From a virus, in IMG/VR virus record IMGVR_UViG_3300048583_000274, positions 1 to 64,000 of that record: a stretch of DNA of 64,000 bases; one strand, written 5' to 3'. Below the pieces are notes generated by a model. The model was not told the DNA's origin. It ran no database searches and worked only from the letters and a program-made list of their open reading frames with translations. Numbering within the stretch: position 1 is the stretch's first letter; the number at the start of each line of letters is the position of its first letter. The position numbers were made by a program, and so were the translations under genes. This document shows positions 41,953 to 52,998 of this stretch, piece by piece.

Positions 41953-42242
41953 GTTATTGGTACAGCACTGAAGCAAGTTTTGGAACTATTCTTCAAGGAG
42001 GTTCTACAACTGTTAGGTTTAAAGCTAAAGTTGACATCCCTCCTATACTTGAAATAAAAGCAGGGTGTGGATGCACTCAGCCTCAATATAATCCTATCAC
42101 AAGAATATTGACAGTGAAATATCAAGCAGGACTTATTCCTGATCAACACATAGGAAATGAGCTTGTGAGTAGAAAATTAACTGTGCATTATGCAGATGGA
42201 AGTACAGAAAAATTAGTAATAACCGGAGTAAAAGTTAGATAA
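41949..42242 (+). CDS. DUF1573-like protein (putative)
   Basis: It contains the GCGCT motif characteristic of DUF1573 beta-sandwich proteins, which are common in Bacteroidota. Confidence 0.4.
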   Translation: MSYWYSTEASFGTILQGGSTTVRFKAKVDIPPILEIKAGCGCTQPQYNPITRILTVKYQAGLIPDQHIGNELVSRKLTVHYADGSTEKLVITGVKVR

Positions 42243-42244
42243 TT

Positions 42245-42817
42245 ATGGCTACAAAAGTAGAAGATTATGTTAGATTAGCTAAGGCCAATCCAACTACAGC
42301 AAAAGAATTTGAAGTGTTTAAAGAACATTTCTTTAATAAGACATTGATTTGGGAAGGAGTTCCAAATCCTAAGACAGGAGGAAATCTCCATAATGTTGCA
42401 GGAGACTCCGGAGGCTACACACTTTGGGGTATTGCTTACAATCATAATAAAGAGATGTTTAAAGACTTTGCTGATTTTAAGTATACAACTTATGAAGAAG
42501 CTGCAGCCATTGCTTACATTAGATATTACAAAGCCATCAATGCTTTTATTTTACCTCATGAGGCTAGATTGATGTATTTTGATATGGCTTATAATATGGG
42601 GAATTCCCGAGCTATTAAGATTATGCAAGAATGTGCAGGAGTTAGTGCTGATGGAGTAATTGGCCCGGTAACTAGAGAGAAGATGCAGTATGTAACTGAA
42701 GATTGTCTTTTTCAAAAAAGAAATACTTTTTACAATACCTTGGTTAGAAAAAATATCAAGCTACAAAAGTTCTTAAGAGGTTGGTTAAATAGAAGTAAAG
42801 CAATTTTTAAATATTAA
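42245..42817 (+). CDS. endolysin, GH108 N-acetylmuramidase with PG_binding_3-like domain
   Basis: WEGVPNPKTGGNLHNVAGDSGGYTLWGIAYNHN matches the GH108 EGG...D.GG.T..GI pattern. The C-terminal GVSADGVIGPVTREKM is a peptidoglycan-binding motif. Confidence 0.75.
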   Translation: MATKVEDYVRLAKANPTTAKEFEVFKEHFFNKTLIWEGVPNPKTGGNLHNVAGDSGGYTLWGIAYNHNKEMFKDFADFKYTTYEEAAAIAYIRYYKAINAFILPHEARLMYFDMAYNMGNSRAIKIMQECAGVSADGVIGPVTREKMQYVTEDCLFQKRNTFYNTLVRKNIKLQKFLRGWLNRSKAIFKY

Positions 42818-42818
42818 T

Positions 42819-43226
42819 ATGGTAATCTATAAAAATACAGAGGTACCTATTTATTGTGGAAGATTGCATATAGCTATCTCTACAGATTTTAAAGAAGATA
42901 TTCCTAAATTGAATAAACTCTTTAAAGAAAATTTTACTATGGAAAATGATGTATTAGGAATGTCTCAAAAAAGAGGACATCATAATTTGGTCATTATCAA
43001 TGTAGACAAACATATTAGAGCTTTTAAAAGTTCTAAACTATTAGAGACAGAAGTTATAGCTACTATTTCACATGAAGCTATTCATACTTGTAACACTATT
43101 TTTAGAGATAAAGGAATAAAACTAGATGTAGATAATGATGAACCTCAAGCTTATTTAGTAGATTGGTTAGTAAAACAAATTTATTGGGAATACTTAAAAA
43201 CAAAAGAAAATGGCAAAGTTATTTAG
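42819..43226 (+). CDS. putative HExxH zinc metallopeptidase-like protein
   Basis: A single HExxH motif (ISHEAIHTCN) in a 135-aa protein. Confidence 0.35.
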   Translation: MVIYKNTEVPIYCGRLHIAISTDFKEDIPKLNKLFKENFTMENDVLGMSQKRGHHNLVIINVDKHIRAFKSSKLLETEVIATISHEAIHTCNTIFRDKGIKLDVDNDEPQAYLVDWLVKQIYWEYLKTKENGKVI

Positions 43227-43358
43227 AATGTACATAGGACACTTATATATTAATTTTCAGATAGGAGTTAATATTATTGGACTACCTGAGTTTCATACTC
43301 ATGGTATCATTATTTCTAAACAGATAAAAGAAACTGATTTACACAAATACCAATAATT

Positions 43359-43928
43359 ATGAGTTTACTATTTACAATAGAGAATAAAGTAGTAAAGCCT
43401 TATACTGAGACCTTACTAATTTCTCCTTTTAAAGAGATATGGGAGAGAGACACAAATCCGGGAAAGTTTATTGCAATTGATGAGTTTACTTATATTGAGT
43501 TTATGACTTCAGTAAAGAAAAGTAATCCTTATAAAGGGTATCAAGAAGAGGAAAGGGCCCGGAGACTTGCTCTAGACATTATGAAGCATGAAGGATATAT
43601 TCCTGATGATCTAGTTAAAAAAGGCATGCAAGTTCTTGTAGACTTTCAAGCTTCTGCTTCAGTGACTTATAATTACTATATGTCAGTAAAGAATGCCATC
43701 TACAAAGTACAGACTTTCTTTAATACTTTTGACTTAAATGAGAAGAATGAAAAGACAGGGCTTCCTATTTATAAACCAAAAGATATTACTATGTCTGCTA
43801 CTGACACTGAAAAAGTTCTTCAAAACTTAGCTACTCTTCAAGAAAAAGTAGATAATGAACTTTTTGAAAGTGTAAAAATTAAAGGTCAAAAATCTGTTAG
43901 TATGTTTGCTAACCCTGATACTATGTAA
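43359..43928 (+). CDS. terminase small subunit (positional candidate)
   Basis: 189-aa ORF immediately upstream of the large terminase. No motif support. Confidence 0.35.
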   Translation: MSLLFTIENKVVKPYTETLLISPFKEIWERDTNPGKFIAIDEFTYIEFMTSVKKSNPYKGYQEEERARRLALDIMKHEGYIPDDLVKKGMQVLVDFQASASVTYNYYMSVKNAIYKVQTFFNTFDLNEKNEKTGLPIYKPKDITMSATDTEKVLQNLATLQEKVDNELFESVKIKGQKSVSMFANPDTM

Positions 43929-46158
43929 CATGGGAGATATTTATGATGATGGAAAGTTAGGAGCTATTAGAAATCCTCAAGGTATTTGGATTAATTCTCA
44001 AGTATTTAAAGAGGAGGCTACTAACTTTAAAAAATATGGGAAGTACTGTGCTGATCCTGAAGGCAGCCCTGATTGGGAAGCCTATTGGAAGCTTCAAAGA
44101 AGAAGATGCCGGGATGGTTATTCTGTTGGGGGAGTCAGAATTACAGGAGACCACTATACCTACTTAAATTTTTGTCCTATTCTTAAAGTTGATGAAAAAG
44201 ATGGCCCTAAAGCTAGAGGCCGGCAGGTAAGAAAAGGAGCTAAAGAGACTGACTTTCCTGACTTTTGGGATGGAGATTATAACTTTTATTGGGCTAGAGA
44301 AATAGCTAGAAATGGAGTTATTGAAAGTGGTTTGCTACCCGAAGAGGAGGCTTATGAAGTCTACAATCTTCCTGATGCAGAACAACTTTTAAAAGCTCAA
44401 CAACTTTTTGAAAGTCTTGGATTAGCTTTTACTATTGAACCTGATTACCTTTTTGGAGGATATAATCTTATTGTAGGTAAATCAAGACAGAGAGGATACT
44501 CTTATAAGAATGCTTCTGTAGGAGTAGGGAACTATTTGACTAGACCTAATTTATCTACTATTTTTGGAGCAGAAGATAAGAAATACCTTTATCCAAAGGG
44601 TATTTTTACCATGGCCAATAACATGTTGAACTTTATAGGACAGCATACTCCTTGGGTCTATCCCCGAGATGTAATTAACCAAGCATCAAAAGGCCACTAC
44701 AAAGCATCTACTTTAGAAACTAGGAGTGGAGTTCAAGTAGAGGTAGGTTTTATGTCTGAAATTATCTCTTTGACTTTCTCTGATAACCCTGATGCTGCAA
44801 GGGGTAAAAATGCCCATGACCTTATATTTGAAGAATCCGGTTCCTTTGGTACTCCGGGATTATTGAAAGATTCTTACAAAGCTTCTGAAGACTGTGTTAT
44901 GTCAGGAGATATGAAAACAGGATTGATTACAATCTTTGGTACTTCAGGGGATATGGAAGGAGGAACTGCAGATTATGCTGAGATGCACTCTGAGCCTTTG
45001 AGATTTGGACTTTTACCATTTCAGAACATTTGGGATAAAGACTCCTCTGATATGAAATGTGGATTCTTCCACCCTGTAAATTGGAATATGCAGGGATATT
45101 ATGATGCTCAAGGAAATTCTGATATAGAAGGAGCTAAACAAGCTGAACTTAATATTAGAAAGGTAAGGCTTGACCATGGTGCTACCTCAGCAGATATTCA
45201 AGCTAGGATGCAAGAGAAACCTCTTGGCCCCTTTGAAGCTTTTGGAATGGTATCTGTAAATAACTTTCCTGTACTTGAATTAAAAAGACAACTTGAGATA
45301 GTAAAAGCTAAAAATCTTCACATGATTATGGGAACTCCTGTAAAAATGTGGTATGATTTTGAGAAGAAAAAAGTATGTGTAGACCCTATTTTAGATGGTA
45401 CAGCTAATGTAATTTATAGACAAAAACCTGATAATACTTCCTTAGAAGGATGCCCTGTAATTTATGAATATCCTGCTGATACTTATCCTAGAGGAGCTTA
45501 CAAGATTGGATATGACCCTTACAGACAAGATAAAGGAACTTCCTTATCTGCTGTATATGTGTATAAATCTGTTATTGCCGGAGAAAGAACTAAGAGAGTA
45601 ATTGTTGCTGAATATGTTGGTAGACCTAATGAAGCTGATGATGTAAATTACATAGCTAGATTATTTGCAGAATTGTATAATACTACAATCATGCATGAAA
45701 ATGAGGTTACTCATGTTAAGGATTATTTTAGAAGAAGAAAACAATTGCATTTCTTGGCTTATCAACCTGATGAAGTTATTAAAAAGAATGTAAAGAACTC
45801 TAAGGTAAATAGGATTTGGGGATGTCACATGATTGACCAACTTAAAGATGCCGGAGAAAAATACCTTAAATCTTGGTTATTAGAAGTACTAGATTTTGAT
45901 GAAAATGGAGATCCAATAAGAGGGTTAGACCAAATTTATTCTATTGGATTACTTGAAGAGTTAATCAGTTACAATAGAAAAGGAAACTTTGATAGGGTTA
46001 TGGCTATGATGCAAGTTATGTTCCAAGACCAAGAGGACTTACATGAAAAAGTTTATGATAAAAATAAGCAAAATAAAAATGCTAAAGCTTTGCTAGATAT
46101 GATGGATGGTATGTATTCAAAAAATAATCAATCAAACCTAAGAAAAGCATTAAATTAA
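43906..46158 (+). CDS. terminase large subunit
   Basis: The first ATG is at 43930, right after the upstream stop. Walker-B-like HDLIFEESGSFG and nuclease-type YKIGYDPYRQDKG are present. The size and the position upstream of the portal fit. Confidence 0.65.
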   Translation: MLTLILCNMGDIYDDGKLGAIRNPQGIWINSQVFKEEATNFKKYGKYCADPEGSPDWEAYWKLQRRRCRDGYSVGGVRITGDHYTYLNFCPILKVDEKDGPKARGRQVRKGAKETDFPDFWDGDYNFYWAREIARNGVIESGLLPEEEAYEVYNLPDAEQLLKAQQLFESLGLAFTIEPDYLFGGYNLIVGKSRQRGYSYKNASVGVGNYLTRPNLSTIFGAEDKKYLYPKGIFTMANNMLNFIGQHTPWVYPRDVINQASKGHYKASTLETRSGVQVEVGFMSEIISLTFSDNPDAARGKNAHDLIFEESGSFGTPGLLKDSYKASEDCVMSGDMKTGLITIFGTSGDMEGGTADYAEMHSEPLRFGLLPFQNIWDKDSSDMKCGFFHPVNWNMQGYYDAQGNSDIEGAKQAELNIRKVRLDHGATSADIQARMQEKPLGPFEAFGMVSVNNFPVLELKRQLEIVKAKNLHMIMGTPVKMWYDFEKKKVCVDPILDGTANVIYRQKPDNTSLEGCPVIYEYPADTYPRGAYKIGYDPYRQDKGTSLSAVYVYKSVIAGERTKRVIVAEYVGRPNEADDVNYIARLFAELYNTTIMHENEVTHVKDYFRRRKQLHFLAYQPDEVIKKNVKNSKVNRIWGCHMIDQLKDAGEKYLKSWLLEVLDFDENGDPIRGLDQIYSIGLLEELISYNRKGNFDRVMAMMQVMFQDQEDLHEKVYDKNKQNKNAKALLDMMDGMYSKNNQSNLRKALN

Positions 46159-46192
46159 TTATTACTTTTGTGGATACTTATATTTAACTACT

Positions 46193-48607
46193 ATGAACAG
46201 ACCTAAGAAGATTGGCAACTACTCTACAGAAAGATTGAGTAGAAAGGAAAAAGAAGATCAGGACTTTCTTTGGTATAGAGAAAAGATAGATTCTTATGAT
46301 ACAGAGTCAAATTTATCTTCTATAGGTTATGGAGGAGTAGATGAGCATAAGAGAATGAAGGTTAACTATGACCTTTTTAATGATGTAGTTGACTTAGCTG
46401 AATTTGATTATGTTACTAAACCTTATGGTGAAGGACTTGGAGAGATGCCAGCTAACATTTCCAATAAAGATATTTCTTCTTATAGAATTAAAGCTATGAT
46501 GGGAATGGAAATGAGAAGACCTTTTGGTCACAGGTTAGTAGCTGTTAATAAAGAAGCCTCTAATAGAAGAATAGAAGAAGAGACTAACAAAGTCAAACAA
46601 TATGTTCTAGATTTTATCATGGCTCCTATTAAGGAGGAAATTGAAGCTAAGTACTTAGAACAAAATAAAGGTAAAAAACTTACTCAACAAGAAAGAGAGC
46701 AAATTCAAGCTCAAATAGCAGAAGAAATTGAAGCTAAAACTCCTGAGAAAGTAAGAATGTACATGAGAAGAGACCACAGAGATCCTTCTGAAGTACAGGG
46801 CCAACAGATTTTAAACTCCCTTGTCAAAAAACTAGATATCAGAAAGAAATTCAACTTAGGTTGGAAACATGCTTTACTTTCTGCTTATGAAGTATATTGG
46901 TTAGGGATTGTGAATGGAGAGCCAATAATGAAAGTGGTAAACCCATTAAGATTTTCTTGTGATAAGAGTTCTGACTTAGATTACATAGAAGATGGGGAAT
47001 GGGCAAAAGCTGAGTACAGAATGCATCCTTCTCAAGTGGTTCAAACTTTTGACCTTACTAATGATGAGATTGATAGAGTATGGGCTAACCATGAATACAC
47101 TGTTACTCAAAAAGTAGAAAATAGCCTGTTCAATTTTGAGTCTATTAACAATCCGGAAGATGATAATTGTGTTAGAGTTATCCATGTTGTTTTTAAAGGC
47201 CTTAGAAAAATAGGTTGGTTAGATTATATTGACCAAGAAGGAATTCTTCAAACTAAGTTTATGGTAGATGAAAATTATAAACTAAATAAAGAAAATGGGG
47301 ATGTAAAATTGACTTGGGAATGGATTCCGGAAGTTTATGAAGGATGGAAAATTGGAGCTGATATCTATAAAGATATGAGACCTGTTGCAGGACAATTCAA
47401 AGATAAAGACAAAATTTATACTTGTAAATTACCTTATTATGGAATTATCTATGATAACTTAAACTCTCAACCTACATCTATAATGGATAGAATGAAAGTA
47501 TGTCAATATCTTCATAATATCATTTGGTATAGAATTGAGCTTTTAATGGCTTCTGATAAAGGTAAAAAAATTATGATGAATATTAATGCTATTCCAACTG
47601 ATTCCGGAATAGACATTAAGAAATGGCAATACTTCTTTGAGAGTACTCCTTTTATGTGGTATAACCCTGATGAAGAAGGAATGACTCAAAGTGATGTAAA
47701 CACTATTGCCAAAACTTTAGACCTTTCTTTAATATCTGATATTCAAAAATACATTATGCTAGCTGAAAAGCTTGATCAAATGTGTGGTAAAATAGTAGGT
47801 ATTACAGACCCTGTTTTAGGACAAACTGCAGTTTCTGAGAGAGTTACCAACAATCAACAAAATCTAGTGCAGACTTCCCACATGTTGGAGCCTTATTTTG
47901 ATGCTCATGCCTCAGTGAAAAGGAATGTTCTTCAAGGATTAATTGATTTAGCTAAGATAGCTTATGTTAGCTCAGATAAAGAGTTTATTGTAAATACTCT
48001 AGATGATATGTCTTTAGAGCTTTTAAAACTTGATTTGAACCTATTAGAGAACTCTACTCTTGCTTTATTTATTGAAGACTCTTCTATGTCAGAAGAAATC
48101 AAACAAACCATACAGAGCCTTACTCAGGCTGCTATGCAAAATCAAAAAATTGAATTATCCGATGTATTGAAAGTTCTTAAACAAGATAGTATTCAAGAAG
48201 CTGAAGAAGCTTTATTGGTATCTGAAGAAATCAGAGAGAAAAAATTACAAGCTCAAGCTAAACAAGAGCAACAAGCTGAAGCTGAGGAAGCTCAAAAAGC
48301 TAGAGACTTTAAAGAAAGAGAACATGAAATGGCAATTGAAATAATCAATGTCAAAGAAGATAGACAAATGGAAAGAGAGATTGCTAAGCAAACTATCCTT
48401 TCATTAGGTTTTAATGAAGATAAAGATATGGACTCTGATGGAGTTCCTGATGTGTTAGAAGTAGCTAGAGATGGAGTAGATGCTGAAATTAAAAGAAAGC
48501 AGATAGCTAATGAAGCTAGAGCCCTTACACATAAAATTTTAGATGATAGAGCTAAGAATAAATTAAAAGAAAAAGAAATAGCTCAAAAGAATAAGAAAAC
48601 AAAATAA
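46193..48607 (+). CDS. portal protein
   Basis: 804 aa, immediately after the large terminase, with a charged coiled C-terminus. The call rests on position and size. Confidence 0.6.
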   Translation: MNRPKKIGNYSTERLSRKEKEDQDFLWYREKIDSYDTESNLSSIGYGGVDEHKRMKVNYDLFNDVVDLAEFDYVTKPYGEGLGEMPANISNKDISSYRIKAMMGMEMRRPFGHRLVAVNKEASNRRIEEETNKVKQYVLDFIMAPIKEEIEAKYLEQNKGKKLTQQEREQIQAQIAEEIEAKTPEKVRMYMRRDHRDPSEVQGQQILNSLVKKLDIRKKFNLGWKHALLSAYEVYWLGIVNGEPIMKVVNPLRFSCDKSSDLDYIEDGEWAKAEYRMHPSQVVQTFDLTNDEIDRVWANHEYTVTQKVENSLFNFESINNPEDDNCVRVIHVVFKGLRKIGWLDYIDQEGILQTKFMVDENYKLNKENGDVKLTWEWIPEVYEGWKIGADIYKDMRPVAGQFKDKDKIYTCKLPYYGIIYDNLNSQPTSIMDRMKVCQYLHNIIWYRIELLMASDKGKKIMMNINAIPTDSGIDIKKWQYFFESTPFMWYNPDEEGMTQSDVNTIAKTLDLSLISDIQKYIMLAEKLDQMCGKIVGITDPVLGQTAVSERVTNNQQNLVQTSHMLEPYFDAHASVKRNVLQGLIDLAKIAYVSSDKEFIVNTLDDMSLELLKLDLNLLENSTLALFIEDSSMSEEIKQTIQSLTQAAMQNQKIELSDVLKVLKQDSIQEAEEALLVSEEIREKKLQAQAKQEQQAEAEEAQKARDFKEREHEMAIEIINVKEDRQMEREIAKQTILSLGFNEDKDMDSDGVPDVLEVARDGVDAEIKRKQIANEARALTHKILDDRAKNKLKEKEIAQKNKKTK

Positions 48608-48681
48608 AGCTATTACATTTAATAGTAGGTAGCTTAAGATTAAACTGTAATTTATTAAATATTTAAACTTAACTTTGAACC

Positions 48682-49845
48682 ATGGGACAAGAGAAAGACA
48701 CCATTGACCAATTTGCAGGATGGGAAGAACCAAAAGATGTGGACTTCTTTGCAGAAAAAGATGTAACAAAACAAGTAGTAGAGACAGTTCTTGAAGATGA
48801 TGTGACAGCTACTCCTACAGTTTCTGAAGCTGATAAGCTATCAGCAGCAGAAAAAAAGATTGAAGAAGATTTATTCAAAGCTTTTTCTAATCCTGAAGTA
48901 GAAGAGGATGAAGATGAAGGAGAGGATAACACTACAGGCCCTAATGATACAGATAAAAATACTCCGGTAAAAATTAATTCTAAATCTACTTTAGAGTTCT
49001 TAAAAGAAAAAGGACTTGTAGAATATGAATTAGCTGAAGGAGAAGAATTAACTGAAACTTTAGCTGAAGAATTGCTTGAAGATTCTTGGGATAAAGCATT
49101 AGAACAAGAGGTAGAGGCTACTATCAAAGAGTTACCAAATGAAATTAAAGACCTTATTAAATATGCTGCTAAGGGAGGTAATGTAGGAGAGCTTTTAGGA
49201 AAGATGATACAAAATGTAACATCTCCTATTACTAAGACAAGTGATATTACTCAAGAAAGTACTCAAGTATTAGCAGTAACAGCAGACCTTAAAGCTCAAG
49301 GATATGATCAAGAGTACATTGATACTCAGATTGAATTCTTAAAAGAAAAAGGAAAGCTAGAGGATATGGGTAAAAAAGCTTATGATAAAATTATTGCTAA
49401 GCAAGAACAAGATATCAAAGCTCAAGTGGAAGCTCAAACTTCTTCCATAGAAGAGAAGAAGAAAAAAGCAAGAACTTATAAAGCTAATATTACTACTCAT
49501 ATTGATACTCTTACTGAAGTAAAAGGATTGCCGGTAAGTAAGCAAGATAAATTAGTTTTACCTTCTTACATTTCAGATCCTACAGTAGAATTAGAAGATG
49601 GTAGATTTGTAAGTGGCCTTCAAGCTGACCTTTTTGAGGTTATGGGAGATAAAGACAATATTATATTGTTAGCCAAATTGCTAAAATCCAAGTTTGATTT
49701 TAGTGCAATTGAAAGAAAAAAAGAAACTCAAGCTTCTCGAGGCATTAAAAATGAAATTCAGAGAGCTGAAAAAGATAAAACAGATAGAACTACAGGAGGA
49801 AGGTCTACTTCTAAAAAGAAAGCTATTTGGGATATGCTAGATTAA
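48682..49845 (+). CDS. scaffolding-like protein
   Basis: 387 aa, very acidic, helical/coiled, located between the portal and the capsid candidate. Confidence 0.45.
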   Translation: MGQEKDTIDQFAGWEEPKDVDFFAEKDVTKQVVETVLEDDVTATPTVSEADKLSAAEKKIEEDLFKAFSNPEVEEDEDEGEDNTTGPNDTDKNTPVKINSKSTLEFLKEKGLVEYELAEGEELTETLAEELLEDSWDKALEQEVEATIKELPNEIKDLIKYAAKGGNVGELLGKMIQNVTSPITKTSDITQESTQVLAVTADLKAQGYDQEYIDTQIEFLKEKGKLEDMGKKAYDKIIAKQEQDIKAQVEAQTSSIEEKKKKARTYKANITTHIDTLTEVKGLPVSKQDKLVLPSYISDPTVELEDGRFVSGLQADLFEVMGDKDNIILLAKLLKSKFDFSAIERKKETQASRGIKNEIQRAEKDKTDRTTGGRSTSKKKAIWDMLD

Positions 49846-49878
49846 AAACAATTATTAACAACTTAAATTAAATTAAAC

Positions 49879-51336
49879 ATGGCTACACTAGGAAGTAAGC
49901 TTATCGTAAAAGAGATGGAATGGAATGCTAACATGACAGAACAATCTCATTTAGGTGCTGCTTTAATTGCTAAACCATTTAGAATGGTAGGAGAAATGGA
50001 CAAGCTTTTCTCTAGTCAGAATTATTATTCTGACAACCCAATTTCAGCTATGCTGATGGGTATGCCTCACACTGAGGAAACTGTTGGGAATACTGAATGG
50101 GAATGGGAATTAAAAGGAGCAAACACAAGACCATTGGTTGTTGTGGAAAACATGGAAGTTTCAGGAAATTTAACTCCGGGAAAATTCAAGAAAACTTTCA
50201 AAATTAAACTTGATGAAAATTGGTATTTACCGGGAGATGTTATTAGTCCGGGTACATCTAATAAAAAATATCAAGTTCGTATTCAAAATCAAAGCATTAA
50301 GCATGGAGATGGATATGTGTATGTTGTAAGGTTAAATTCAGATGATCCTCAAGCATTTATGCCTGTGAAATATTTGAAACCGGGACAACAATGGGGTAAA
50401 TTATTTTCTCAGTATGAAGAAGCTGCAGAGCAATCAGGTTCAACTGTATTCAGTATGCCTCTTGCTTTTAGAAACAGAATGTCTAAATACAGAAAAGAAT
50501 ACCGAATCACTGACTATGCTTCAACTGAAGTATTAGCTGTAGCAATTCCTGACTCTAAAGGTAAATATCATAATTCATGGATGCGTTATGCTGAAGTAGA
50601 ATATTGGCAACAATGGTACAGAGAAGTAGAAAGAGGATACTGGTATTCTAGATCTGCAGACACTGTATTAGGAGCTAATGGAAGACCTGTAAGAATGGGC
50701 CCCGGAATCCAAGAGCAATTAGAAGATTCTCATGTACACCGTTATACACATTTAACTGCTAAATTGATTGAAGAGTATCTACAAGATATTTTCTATAGCC
50801 GAGTTAAACCGGGTAAAGGAAGACAAATCAAAGGATTTACAGGAGAGTATGGTATGTTACAGTTCCACAGAGCTATTCAAGATTGGCAAAATAAATCAGG
50901 GTTTATCAAAAACATTGAGATTTACACTGACAAAATCAAATCTGAAGTTCATACTAATGCCTTAGAAGCAGGGTATCAGTTTGTGAAATACAACATGGCT
51001 AATGGAGCTTCCTTAGAGTTAGTTCATAATCCATTGTATGATGATAGAGAAATCAACTTTGAAATTGATGAAGTTACAGGATTCCCTCTTGAATCTCAAA
51101 GAATCACTTTCTTAGATTTCTCAGGAGAAGCTAAAGCCTCTAACTTGAAAATTATGAATAAGAAAGATGGATTTGCCTTCACTTATGTAAATGGTATGTA
51201 TGGCCCTTATGGCCCTTCTAATGGAGGTAGCTCAGCTCATGCCGGTTCATACTATGAAATGCATGTTGAGAAATCTACAGGTATTCATATCCATGACATT
51301 ACAAAATGTGGAGAGTTGATTCTTTCTAGAAACTAA
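49879..51336 (+). CDS. major capsid protein candidate
   Basis: 485 aa, after the scaffold-like gene, followed by a strong terminator. Confidence 0.5.
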   Translation: MATLGSKLIVKEMEWNANMTEQSHLGAALIAKPFRMVGEMDKLFSSQNYYSDNPISAMLMGMPHTEETVGNTEWEWELKGANTRPLVVVENMEVSGNLTPGKFKKTFKIKLDENWYLPGDVISPGTSNKKYQVRIQNQSIKHGDGYVYVVRLNSDDPQAFMPVKYLKPGQQWGKLFSQYEEAAEQSGSTVFSMPLAFRNRMSKYRKEYRITDYASTEVLAVAIPDSKGKYHNSWMRYAEVEYWQQWYREVERGYWYSRSADTVLGANGRPVRMGPGIQEQLEDSHVHRYTHLTAKLIEEYLQDIFYSRVKPGKGRQIKGFTGEYGMLQFHRAIQDWQNKSGFIKNIEIYTDKIKSEVHTNALEAGYQFVKYNMANGASLELVHNPLYDDREINFEIDEVTGFPLESQRITFLDFSGEAKASNLKIMNKKDGFAFTYVNGMYGPYGPSNGGSSAHAGSYYEMHVEKSTGIHIHDITKCGELILSRN

Positions 51337-51356
51337 TAAAGTTTATAAAAACTCCT

Positions 51357-51395
51357 CTCTTTTACTAGAGAGGAGTTTTATTATAAAGATTTTTT
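51357..51395 (+). terminator. Rho-independent terminator
   Basis: actcctctc (51361-51369) / gagaggagt (51378-51386), followed by ttttatt. Confidence 0.7.
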
Positions 51396-51476
51396 GTATT
51401 TTTACAGAGGTTTTTAAAAGTTAAAAGCTCATTGAAATATTTAAGTTGAATCTAATAATTTTAAAAAGAAAAAATT

Positions 51477-52274
51477 ATGACAGTAGAAGTTAGACCACTT
51501 GAGTCAAAGAAATGGCACAGTAAAGTGGGACAAGAGTCTTTCACAAGACCTAAAAAAATTCAAGCATTAGTAAATGGGGAAACCATGAGATATGCTACAG
51601 GACTATCAGCAGAAGATATTAAATCCTTAAAAGCAAAAGGAGTAAAATATGATCTTTCTGATAATTATGATGATACCACACCACATCCTTTTTGGGATTC
51701 TAGTATGGCTGTTATTAAATTAGAAAACAATACTATGTTCTTTGATTTAACCAATAACTTAGATTTTATCAAAGTTAAGGTAATGAAGGAAAGTAAATAT
51801 GTAGCTAATTCAATGGCTGAGTATGATGAAGGGTTATGGCCGGAAGCAACTCATGTAATCCATGATGAAGCTCAACAAGCAGAGTTGATTGCTAGTAAAG
51901 TAGAGATGAAAAATCAAGCTATTCTTGAAGCAAGTAAACTATCTCCGGATAAAAAGATTCAATTGATTATGGTTTTAGAAGGTAAAAATTTGAAAAACCA
52001 ATCTCCTAGTTTTATTACAGTAGCACTAGATAAAACTATTAATAAAGATCCGGAAGCTTTCTTAAGACACTTAAGATTAGACTCTAATCAAATTGCAGCT
52101 CATGCTATGGTTATAGAAGGATTGCAAAAATCAATCTTAAGAAGAGAAGGACAAAGAATTTATCACATGGATTCTCCTCTAGGGGTAGATGAAATAGAAG
52201 TAGCTGAATATCTAGCTAAAGATGAAAATCAAGATATTAAGCTAATGATTCTTAATAAAATTAATAATACATAA
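51477..52274 (+). CDS. hypothetical virion-module protein
   Basis: 265-aa ORF in the structural array. Confidence 0.5.
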   Translation: MTVEVRPLESKKWHSKVGQESFTRPKKIQALVNGETMRYATGLSAEDIKSLKAKGVKYDLSDNYDDTTPHPFWDSSMAVIKLENNTMFFDLTNNLDFIKVKVMKESKYVANSMAEYDEGLWPEATHVIHDEAQQAELIASKVEMKNQAILEASKLSPDKKIQLIMVLEGKNLKNQSPSFITVALDKTINKDPEAFLRHLRLDSNQIAAHAMVIEGLQKSILRREGQRIYHMDSPLGVDEIEVAEYLAKDENQDIKLMILNKINNT

Positions 52275-52280
52275 TAGCTC

Positions 52281-52982
52281 ATGACAACTAGGGAAATGCA
52301 TCTTGATTTCAAGAGAAAGTTTAATAAAATAGACAGTCAAAAAAACAGAAACATTCTTGTTCCTGAGATTGACTTATATTTGAATGAAGCTGCTGAACTC
52401 TTTGTTAAAAAAGTTGCACAACCTAAAAAGTCAGTAGGGCTAGGATTTGAGCAAACTCAAAGAATGACAGAAGATATTAAGTCTATTGTAGTTCCCGGAG
52501 TTTGGCTTCCTGTAACAAATAATATTATAACTCTTCCTCTTAATTATTTATACTATGGTAGAGGAAGAGTTAGAATATCAAAAGGGACTTGCTTAAATCA
52601 AGAAGCAGTCCTTAATGTAGAAGAACATAGAGATTTATTTGAAGAGAGTTCTTTATATAGTAGTAATTTTGAGTGGAGAACTGTAAATGGAGTTTTTAGT
52701 CAAGAAGGAATTAATGTCTTTACAGATGGCACCTTTACAATTACAGAAGCAAAATTAACCTATATTAGAAAACAAAATTATTTTCATAATGCACAAGATT
52801 TTGGAGCCGGCTCATATAATCATCCTTCAGGAGTCACTTTAAGTGGTACTGTACAATGCGAATTACCTGAGCATACTCACAGAGAGATAGTAGATATAGC
52901 AGTAATGCTAGCAGCAAGTGAAGTGCAAACTTCAGATTTACAAGTGAAAGCTAGTAAATTAGGTTTTAATCAGATTGTTTAA
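52281..52982 (+). CDS. hypothetical virion-module protein
   Basis: 233-aa ORF in the structural array. Confidence 0.5.
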   Translation: MTTREMHLDFKRKFNKIDSQKNRNILVPEIDLYLNEAAELFVKKVAQPKKSVGLGFEQTQRMTEDIKSIVVPGVWLPVTNNIITLPLNYLYYGRGRVRISKGTCLNQEAVLNVEEHRDLFEESSLYSSNFEWRTVNGVFSQEGINVFTDGTFTITEAKLTYIRKQNYFHNAQDFGAGSYNHPSGVTLSGTVQCELPEHTHREIVDIAVMLAASEVQTSDLQVKASKLGFNQIV

Positions 52983-52998
52983 TTAAATAACAAAAACC